Shown here: positions 26,900 to 33,936 of the stretch, in pieces
How the letters are laid out: the number at the start of each line of letters is the position of its first letter
Position numbering within the stretch: position 1 is the stretch's first letter
IMG/VR virus record: IMGVR_UViG_3300009503_000018
Location: 64,001-128,000 of that record
Direction: 5' to 3' (one strand)
DNA length: 64,000 nt
Source of the DNA: a virus
Translations under genes and position numbers: made by a program
Notes under the pieces: generated by a model
Told to the model about the DNA's origin: nothing
The model's input: only the letters and a program-made list of their open reading frames with translations
The model's database searches: none

Positions 26900-26908
26900 C
26901 TTAATACC

Positions 26909-27051
26909 GTGACGACATCCTCAGTCAATGACAAGGACTTCTCAGGTTAACCTGAAGGCTCCGTCCAAGCCTGAGTATATTTATCGCTGCATTCACATCT
27001 CTGTCAAGTAGTAGACCACACAAACACGAGTGTAATCCACCGCCGCTTTTG
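26909..27051 (-). mobile_element. Non-autonomous (MITE-like) IS200/IS605 derivative carrying an orphan omegaRNA scaffold (copy 2)
   Basis: 26909-27034 is 120/126 nt identical to 19503-19628; preceded by TTGAT|CAAAAGCGGCGGTGGAT; no tnpB ORF. Confidence 0.75.
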
Positions 27052-27068
27052 ATCAATCATTCTGCCAC

Positions 27069-27251
27069 TTAACCCAATTCATTATTTACGGGAACAATCC
27101 GCCAATTCAAACTAGGCATTCTCTCTCGTACATCGTCTAAGCACACTAAGATCTCCTCTAAGCTATGAGGCTCACCAAAGGGTCTCCATTCACTATACTG
27201 CTCATCTTTTAGACTCCATTCAAGAATCCACTTATCTAGTATACTGCTCAT
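27069..27251 (-). CDS. Hypothetical protein (60 aa)
   Basis: The N-terminus DKWILEWSLKDEQY is encoded by the local 42-bp repeat. Confidence 0.5.
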   Translation of the reverse strand: MSSILDKWILEWSLKDEQYSEWRPFGEPHSLEEILVCLDDVRERMPSLNWRIVPVNNELG

Positions 27252-27642
27252 CTTTTAGACTCCGTTCAAGAATTCATTTATCCATCTGTGCGACCGACGA
27301 ACGCGCTTTCCGTTATCAACGATGTAGACCATACAAACGCTTCTCTGAGTAGTGAATGTGACACAGCCACAGATAGCCGCCCGGTGTTGGCATGCCACAC
27401 GTCCCGTCGCTGCGACAACCCGCCATGTCGCATACCGGCACGAACTGCGTCACCGCCTTACACTTTGGACACCCTTCGACGATATCGTTCAAATTAAACG
27501 GGTTTGGCGCCTTGAGAATTTTGGCCGTAGGCAATAGCGTGTCACACGCCCGACAACGACTATGGCGCGGTGTCTGCATTTTCACACCTCGCGCGGATCA
27601 ATGCTGCTCATTTTTTAGACCCCATTCAAAAATCCACTTATC
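27195..27642. repeat. Three copies of a 42-bp gene-start repeat (27195-27236, 27241-27282, 27601-27642)
   Basis: The second and third copies match the first at 39/42 and 38/42 positions. Confidence 0.85.
27316..27585 (-). CDS. Cys-rich putative zinc-binding protein
   Basis: CRAC, CPKC, CDMAGC..C..CHIH; GAGGT SD. Confidence 0.6.
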   Translation of the reverse strand: MKMQTPRHSRCRACDTLLPTAKILKAPNPFNLNDIVEGCPKCKAVTQFVPVCDMAGCRSDGTCGMPTPGGYLWLCHIHYSEKRLYGLHR

Positions 27643-27679
27643 CATTTTTGCGACGACCTCTTAGTCAATTAAGGACTTC

Positions 27680-28936
27680 TTACGCTTGAACTGTAACGCT
27701 TTCGCCCCACGGCGCTGGGGAATGCTCTTTTGTGAATGCCCACAGCACTGGATAGTCCGGAGCTGTCTTAGGAAACGTCCCGTATCCATCTGTGAAATAA
27801 ACGAGCAGATTAGGACACAGACCGAGTTCGGCGATCTTATCGAACGCCGGACGAAAATCAGTCCCACCGCCCCCCTTGAACTTCACAGCATTGAAAACTT
27901 CATCGAATTTGTCGATTTCGGCGATTTCGTGAACCTTGGCATCGGCTGTCATGACGATAGTGCGGTCTGCAAGCATAACGACATCTCGAATTTCTGAAGC
28001 AAACTCGTTTAGAATATCCGCAGAAATAGACCCTGATGTATCAACTACGAGAACAAGAAGCGCCGCCTCTTTTTTGGCCAAACCAGGGAGGAATGTCCGA
28101 CCCCCCGCAACGCAACCAGTTAGGATTGAGCGGACTCCGCCGTGGTAATCGACCTTCTCAAAGATGTTCAATGCCTGTCCACGAATGAACTTTCGCCAGT
28201 CTACTTTTGGATCGCGTAGATGCTGGACCAAGCGCTCTACGCCGAGAGGCATTTGCCCACGCTTTTTTGCCTGGTCGGCTGCACGGATAATACGATCCGC
28301 GAGAGCGGCTTCGTCGAGATTGGGATTGGAAAAATGTGCATCCCACGAACCCATATCGCCTGCTTCTTGTTGGCAATAAGGGCAATCGGGATCGGCATCG
28401 CCCTGACCCTGGTCCGAACCTGCTTTATCCGCACCTGAACCTGAACCCGACTTTCCTTTGTTCTCATCGAGGAGTTTTTTGTAGATTTCCTCAGCCGCGA
28501 GCCCACTAAACTCTCTTCGATACAGCGTCCACTCCGGCAACTGCATGGACAGATCCTCAATGAGGATTGCATTGACAGCATAGTCACATGCGCAGTTCCA
28601 CAGCTTATGGCTCTGGTGATTTTGCCGCCTCTGGATATGCCGGAGTGCGAGATGCATTACTTCATGACATAGCACAGCTCGACGAACAGGCTTCTCCAAG
28701 GCCAAAACAAAAGCAGGATTGTAAAAGAGGTGTACTCCATCAACACCCATCGTGGGAAAGTCCCACGTCGGGATTCGACGCAGACCACACAGAAGCTGCC
28801 CAAAGAACGGCTGATTGGTTAGAAGCTGAATCGTGGCGATAGAAAGAGCGTCTTCCGCCTTTTCAATCATCTTCGGCTTTTCCGCGTCGGGCGGGATGTG
28901 TGGATGCAAAGCCTTGTGTCGAGTATTTTTATCCAT
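27680..28936 (-). CDS. DUF2201-type metallopeptidase-like domain + VWA-like domain protein
   Basis: TMGVDG..YNPAF..LCHEVMH (HExxH)..WNCACDYAVN; VDTSGSIS MIDAS, GGGGTDF, FTDGYG. Confidence 0.88.
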   Translation of the reverse strand: MDKNTRHKALHPHIPPDAEKPKMIEKAEDALSIATIQLLTNQPFFGQLLCGLRRIPTWDFPTMGVDGVHLFYNPAFVLALEKPVRRAVLCHEVMHLALRHIQRRQNHQSHKLWNCACDYAVNAILIEDLSMQLPEWTLYRREFSGLAAEEIYKKLLDENKGKSGSGSGADKAGSDQGQGDADPDCPYCQQEAGDMGSWDAHFSNPNLDEAALADRIIRAADQAKKRGQMPLGVERLVQHLRDPKVDWRKFIRGQALNIFEKVDYHGGVRSILTGCVAGGRTFLPGLAKKEAALLVLVVDTSGSISADILNEFASEIRDVVMLADRTIVMTADAKVHEIAEIDKFDEVFNAVKFKGGGGTDFRPAFDKIAELGLCPNLLVYFTDGYGTFPKTAPDYPVLWAFTKEHSPAPWGESVTVQA

Positions 28937-30204
28937 TACTTCTCCACAACCGCAGTAGCCAACCGAGACATCAACTCCGTAAATTCTACTTTAGCATGCT
29001 TTCGGAAAAAGTCAACTAGGCGAATTTCCGAAGCCAAATTCATATCTTGCAACGTCTTGACCTTAAGTTCGATCTGACCGAGTGTGCCCAAGAACTTAAA
29101 GATGTTCTGTGCTTGATGCGGATGCACAATCTTCGCAGCATGCACTTTTACCCAATGCGCGACTGCGCACGAATACGCATACTTCTGGCTTACATCCTCG
29201 GTGTCGTATTGAGGCATCTTCCCTTCATTAACGATTTCCTCCGGACACACCTTTTGGAACTGCGCAAGAAATGCCATAAACTCCGTAGTTGCTCCAGGTC
29301 CAATCAAGGGGAGAGCCAGCCGCCGGAAGTCCACATCGGACTGTGCATTAGTTTGGTCGAGAACTCGGGAATAAAATTCCCAACTTCGCGGATTCGGCTG
29401 CGCCTGTTCATCCTTCTTGAACTTTGTTGGCATGAGCGTATCGGGATACGTAGAAATCGCGCCAATAATCTCGGGACGAATCGCGTTCTCTCGCGCCCAA
29501 GCCAAAAAATCTTCGGCGTCAGTAACAATTTCAATATGCGCAACCCGATTGTTTAGGGCGGATGAAATCCGATGGACGAATGTCCCATCACCCGCCTGAT
29601 TTCCGGCGAGAACAATCATGCACCGCTTCGATAGTGCGTGAGAATGCACACGCCGGTCATACACAAGCTGCAATGCCGCGTTCTGCACCGCTTCGCATGC
29701 ATTGCTAAATTCGTCGAGGAACAAGATGGAATACACGTCATCATCCGTATTCAAATACTCCGGCTTAAACCACTGAGTAGTCTTAGACTTAGGATCAGCA
29801 AAGGGCAACCCTTTGACCTCAACTGGATCAAACAAGGCAAGGCGCACATCGTCTACACGGATATGCGCGGGAGCTGGTCCGCGCGTCACAACCGGCTTTC
29901 CATTCTCATGTGTCACTCTCGTAACGCCACGCACACACAAGGCACATCCGGTCGGAAGATGATGCTTGGGGCATCCCCGCACATGTTCTGTAGGATTAGA
30001 CGACTGGGTCTTACATCCCCCGCACTTATCGCCTGTAGCGAACTCTTCAGCTTTCTCGATCGCCATTTGATACACAATAGCGGACTTACCCACACCGGGC
30101 GGTCCATGCATAAATGGGGGGCAGGGCTGCGGAATGTTCAGAAACAACCGCAACAGAGCCTTTGCTTCGGAAATGCTGACCTTATCCACATCTCGGACAC
30201 TCAT
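28936..30204 (-). CDS. MoxR-like AAA+ ATPase with a Cys/His insertion
   Basis: GPPGVGKS Walker A, ILFLDEF Walker B, AGN, SSALNNR, PNPRSWE. Confidence 0.9.
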   Translation of the reverse strand: MSVRDVDKVSISEAKALLRLFLNIPQPCPPFMHGPPGVGKSAIVYQMAIEKAEEFATGDKCGGCKTQSSNPTEHVRGCPKHHLPTGCALCVRGVTRVTHENGKPVVTRGPAPAHIRVDDVRLALFDPVEVKGLPFADPKSKTTQWFKPEYLNTDDDVYSILFLDEFSNACEAVQNAALQLVYDRRVHSHALSKRCMIVLAGNQAGDGTFVHRISSALNNRVAHIEIVTDAEDFLAWARENAIRPEIIGAISTYPDTLMPTKFKKDEQAQPNPRSWEFYSRVLDQTNAQSDVDFRRLALPLIGPGATTEFMAFLAQFQKVCPEEIVNEGKMPQYDTEDVSQKYAYSCAVAHWVKVHAAKIVHPHQAQNIFKFLGTLGQIELKVKTLQDMNLASEIRLVDFFRKHAKVEFTELMSRLATAVVEK

Positions 30205-30224
30205 AATAATTCCTCCTACATCCC

Positions 30225-30253
30225 CTTATACTAGGGAAAATGCCAAAAGTCAA
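30225..30253 (-). promoter_or_regulatory. Sigma70-type promoter for the leftward AAA/VWA operon
   Basis: TTGACT-17 nt-TATAAG, then AGGAGG SD and ATG at 30204. Confidence 0.6.
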
Positions 30254-30262
30254 GAGCGAGAT

Positions 30263-30291
30263 TTGACAGAACAACATGTTCCAGGTATACT
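30263..30291 (+). promoter_or_regulatory. Sigma70-type promoter for the ligase, probably leaderless
   Basis: TTGACA-17 nt-TATACT followed by 6 nt and then the ATG at 30298. Confidence 0.75.
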
Positions 30292-30297
30292 ATAAGT

Positions 30298-31206
30298 ATG
30301 AACCCTCTGCCGAGGATACCCCCAGCTCGTTGTACTGGGGAATTGTCATCATCCATTCACATAGATGACTACATGGCAGAACCCAAGCTCGATGGCGGAC
30401 GGTACATGCTCTATTTGGAGCATGATGGAACTGTCCATTTTTATAGCCGTCGGGACTTTCCTCGTATTGATAAATGCGATGTCGTTCCGCATATTGCCCG
30501 TCCATATCCTCAGTTCCGAGGAACTATCCTTGACGGAGAAGTTGTGTTGCCCAATCAAACCCAATTGAGCGAGACGACTCGAATCCTGAATATGACTCCA
30601 AAAAAGGCCGTTGCTGAACAAGAGAAGCGGGGGAAGCTTACGTACCACGTCTTTGATATTCTCTTTGTTCGTGGAGACGATGTGCGTTGGCAACCGTATC
30701 ACATAAGACGGACACTGCTAGAGTCCGTGATTTCCGGAATTGCGAACCCCCATATTCAAATAATTCCACAGAGCAAAGACTATGCTCAACTATTCACGAG
30801 CATAATCGCGCAGGGAGGCGAGGGAATCGTCCTGAAGCATATTCGTTCTTCATATGGTATGAATTGGATTAAGATGAAGCGTCGACACGACGTGAGCTGT
30901 GTCGTATCTGGTTTCCAAGAAGGACAAGGAAAATATCGTAATAATCTCGGGTCTCTCCGCGTGTCCGTATGGGACGGCGGCAAGCTCGTCGAAGTAGCAA
31001 CATGTTCTGGAATGACAGATGCGGAAAGAAGTCAAATCTGGAGACACAAGGAGCGCTTTATTGGACGCGTTGTGGATGTCTTTGCGCAATCTATTACGCA
31101 GGACAAAAGGCTTCGCCACCCTATTTTTCACCGCTTCCGTGACGATTATGCTCCAAGTGATTGTACCATGAAAAAGCTCCTATCCGATCTTCAAGCCAGG
31201 ACTTGA
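30298..31206 (+). CDS. ATP-dependent DNA ligase
   Basis: EPKLDGGR motif I, LDGEV, FDIL, EGIVLK, IKMK, OB-fold LRHPIFHRFR. Confidence 0.92.
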   Translation: MNPLPRIPPARCTGELSSSIHIDDYMAEPKLDGGRYMLYLEHDGTVHFYSRRDFPRIDKCDVVPHIARPYPQFRGTILDGEVVLPNQTQLSETTRILNMTPKKAVAEQEKRGKLTYHVFDILFVRGDDVRWQPYHIRRTLLESVISGIANPHIQIIPQSKDYAQLFTSIIAQGGEGIVLKHIRSSYGMNWIKMKRRHDVSCVVSGFQEGQGKYRNNLGSLRVSVWDGGKLVEVATCSGMTDAERSQIWRHKERFIGRVVDVFAQSITQDKRLRHPIFHRFRDDYAPSDCTMKKLLSDLQART

Positions 31207-31231
31207 CATTATTCGACAATCCGTATATTGT
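31203..31231 (+). promoter_or_regulatory. Sigma70-type promoter
   Basis: TTGACA-17 nt-TATTGT, AAGGAGG SD, ATG at 31251. Confidence 0.6.
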
Positions 31232-31250
31232 TGCTTGTAAGGAGGCGACA

Positions 31251-31844
31251 ATGCCAATCGTTAAGAAGGAAGAAAAGGCTACAAAGTCCTATCCCGAGCC
31301 ATTCCTTCGGCTCGCGGACAAGGCGGCGACGCTCCAGGTCGCGCAAAGCTACTTCCGCGACCTATACGATGAGGCGCGCAGCGAAATCGAGCAGTATCTC
31401 GCCGATGATAACTGCCCTATTACCGTCCATATCGGCGAGAAGGGATCAAATCCCAAGATCGACGGCGTTTGCACCATTATCCTTACTCAGCCCGAGCGAC
31501 TCGATAATAGAGCGGCCGCGCAAACCGTTGCCGACCTTGTATCCACAGGCAAGATTAATCCAGCCGATCTCGTCGAGCTTATTTCACAAGTCAACAAGGA
31601 AGCTTTGGCGAAGGTTGTTGACTCAGACACGCTCAAGTCTTTGATTAAGCGCAACGACGACGGCGATGTGCCTGTGCAGATTGCAGTCCGTGTTGACAAC
31701 GAATATAAGCTCGCGGTTCATCCGTATTTCGAAGCCATGTACGCTACCGTGAGCGAAAAGATCGACAAACAGCGCGAGCCGACAGCTCAGCTAAAGATCA
31801 AATCCGACAAAGACGACAAGAAGCGTAATCGAAAGGCAGCATAA
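31251..31844 (+). CDS. Hypothetical protein
   Basis: Start moved to MPIVKK, behind the SD. Confidence 0.65.
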   Translation: MPIVKKEEKATKSYPEPFLRLADKAATLQVAQSYFRDLYDEARSEIEQYLADDNCPITVHIGEKGSNPKIDGVCTIILTQPERLDNRAAAQTVADLVSTGKINPADLVELISQVNKEALAKVVDSDTLKSLIKRNDDGDVPVQIAVRVDNEYKLAVHPYFEAMYATVSEKIDKQREPTAQLKIKSDKDDKKRNRKAA

Positions 31845-32041
31845 TGAACACTAATAAGCAGGACACGGAACTAATATGGCAGCCGATTCCGGCGAAATGC
31901 TCAGGCGGCGTAATCTACGGATGGAGGCTCCGGCGCAGCGACGGCGTAGTCAGCGATGAATTGTATGTTACTTATGCGCAGGCTGTACGTTCTGCCGCAT
32001 ATGTGAATTATCGAAATCAAATGTCAAAATTCACACGATGA
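31844..32041 (+). CDS. Hypothetical protein
   Basis: 65 aa, start/stop coupled on both sides. Confidence 0.55.
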   Translation: MNTNKQDTELIWQPIPAKCSGGVIYGWRLRRSDGVVSDELYVTYAQAVRSAAYVNYRNQMSKFTR

Positions 32042-32385
32042 TCACAGTTTTGGCTATTTGCGATATTCCCGGCGAGGGAAAAAGAGAAATGTGGTCTGCT
32101 CAGTACAACGAGCGCACAAAAACAGCTTTTATCCAATATGGGAAGGTTCCTCCCGGCAGATTTAAGTCTGTAGGCACCCTCCTGCTTCTAAAAACCAACC
32201 AGTGTAAAAAACAACAATTTTCCGATCATAATTCAGCCTTAGATTTTCTTCAAAAGAGTATTCAACAAAAAAATTCTGAAGGATATCGAGTAGTTTTGTA
32301 TCAACATGACGAACTCCCTATGACATATTTGTCAAATTGTCCCTTCAATGAAAATGGATTCATCCGGATGAAAACATGGGGATAA
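32038..32385 (+). CDS. WGR-domain-like protein
   Basis: W..Y..TAFIQYGKV..KQQFSDHNSALDFLQKSIQQKNSEGY resembles the WGR (wGr..f.s..A..K.k.GY) pattern. Confidence 0.5.
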   Translation: MITVLAICDIPGEGKREMWSAQYNERTKTAFIQYGKVPPGRFKSVGTLLLLKTNQCKKQQFSDHNSALDFLQKSIQQKNSEGYRVVLYQHDELPMTYLSNCPFNENGFIRMKTWG

Positions 32386-32454
32386 CTAAGTCTGAGACAC
32401 AAAAATAGTTTCTCTCCTTGGAGAGCGAGCGAGCCCCTTTCCAGGAACCGATAA

Positions 32455-32826
32455 ATGTCGATAATTCTGTGGCGTGATATTGTTGATATTGCCCAAAAAG
32501 TTTGTCGAAAGTACAACTTAAAATACGGGCAGATCCTTCCCTGCACAAGCAAAACATATCGAAGTTTTGGGGAAACTGCTCCGTGCCCCCGTTGTTGCAA
32601 TTCTCTCGTATTCGACGGAGCAAATTGCAAAGAGAAAATCATCAAAATTCGTATTCATCAGCTCAATCGGGTTAACCGTCCTCTAAAAACGAGCACAATT
32701 CTGAACACATTAGCCCACGAATTGGCTCATCTCAAATACTGGGATCATGGACGAGAACATTTAAACTTTACAAAAGAGATTGTACAATACATAGCGGATT
32801 TAGGCTACGAAGTAGCGAAATCATGA
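32455..32826 (+). CDS. HExxH zinc metalloprotease, WLM/SprT/YgjP-like
   Basis: IKIRI..ILNTLAHELAHLKYWDHGREH..F. Confidence 0.75.
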   Translation: MSIILWRDIVDIAQKVCRKYNLKYGQILPCTSKTYRSFGETAPCPRCCNSLVFDGANCKEKIIKIRIHQLNRVNRPLKTSTILNTLAHELAHLKYWDHGREHLNFTKEIVQYIADLGYEVAKS

Positions 32827-33101
32827 TCCGAATACGACTTGAGCATCCTTTGAAAGGAGAATTACGCCTCGAAGGAGGAAAAACGAGTTTTCCGAATCTC
32901 CCGTGGAGAGTTCGACTGTTCTCTGGACGAGGAGACGAAAAACATCTTGTCGAGGAAACACGACATGCTGAAGAAGAATCCGTAATCACTTACATAGACC
33001 GGTTCGTAAAACATAACATTCAAAATGGGTATAAAGTTACTTTATTTAAGCATGATGGACTTGACATTGACTGGCTGTGTGGTCTAGGAGTTAAAACATG
33101 A
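32823..33101 (+). CDS. Second, more diverged WGR-like protein
   Basis: Shares the C-terminal GYKVTLFKHDGL with GYRVVLYQHDEL of 32038-32385. Confidence 0.4.
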   Translation: MIRIRLEHPLKGELRLEGGKTSFPNLPWRVRLFSGRGDEKHLVEETRHAEEESVITYIDRFVKHNIQNGYKVTLFKHDGLDIDWLCGLGVKT

Positions 33102-33481
33102 AAAATAAAGTCGCTTTTATAGGAAGTTCAAAACTTGTCGACGATTGCGACGCGTGCAGTCGTATTGAAGAAGAATTTCTGAAAGCTGCCCCTGATCTTG
33201 TTGTGTTGGTCCCCAACGCACGATTCAATGCATTTATAAGATCTCTGGCTGACAAATATAGCATTCCTGTTGATGAGATGGATCCGCCCAAACCTACATG
33301 GCTCAGACGGACGACCATCAGCGAAGGCAAAATGCGATGTCGATCACTGTATGGCTATTATGTAGTAACACGGGCAAATAAACTTATATGTTTCGGAGCA
33401 AAATCGGCTCCTGGAACAGCATATCGTCCAATTGTCGAATACGCGCGGGGGCAGATCCCTGTTATCGAATTTTACTTTTAA
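33098..33481 (+). CDS. SLOG/DprA-like Rossmann-fold protein
   Basis: KVAFIGS..VVTRANKLICF..SAPGTAY..IVEYAR..IPVI. Confidence 0.5.
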   Translation: MKNKVAFIGSSKLVDDCDACSRIEEEFLKAAPDLVVLVPNARFNAFIRSLADKYSIPVDEMDPPKPTWLRRTTISEGKMRCRSLYGYYVVTRANKLICFGAKSAPGTAYRPIVEYARGQIPVIEFYF

Positions 33482-33936
33482 TACGCTCTCGCGTATTGGA
33501 AATGCATCGGATCTTTGCGTTTTTTGAATTTGCCGCCCCAAAAAAATCCGTGGTGTTTAAAAATTTTAACAATCCGCATATCCATCGTCGATGTTTCTGA
33601 GCCAAGGGGATTGGATTCTGCATTGATATCAATCGCAATACCCCAACTATGCGTGCTAGGATAGGATTTAAAACCTCGAATTGGACGGGGTTGATAAATA
33701 CCACTATATTCGCTCGCCAAATCCGCTAATCCTCTATTTTTTATTTCTGTAAAAACAGACAGAAACACCGGAACAAGCAAACGGTGACATCGCATAGATT
33801 TGACGACTTGCCCCTCATATCGTATCGGATATGGGGGAACAAATGAAGCAATATACTTTGTTTCAAAATCCGGATCGTCAATATTGCCAAATGTGGCAAT
33901 AATTTCGTCCAATCCCCACGGAACTCTAGGCCACAT
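33478..33936 (-). CDS. M15-family peptidase endolysin
   Basis: RPIRG..STHSWGIAIDIN..FWGGKF..DPMHFQY. Confidence 0.9.
   Translation of the reverse strand: MWPRVPWGLDEIIATFGNIDDPDFETKYIASFVPPYPIRYEGQVVKSMRCHRLLVPVFLSVFTEIKNRGLADLASEYSGIYQPRPIRGFKSYPSTHSWGIAIDINAESNPLGSETSTMDMRIVKIFKHHGFFWGGKFKKRKDPMHFQYARAY

Noticed and set aside
27195-27642. CRISPR array
   Set aside because: Only three copies, with gaps of 4 and 318 bp; the repeat is protein-coding and non-palindromic, and no cas genes are present.
29047-30234. Long plus-strand ORFs (29047-29556, 29638-30234); similarly 18792-19307 and 55492-56082
   Set aside because: Antisense to well-supported genes, with no motifs or SD.
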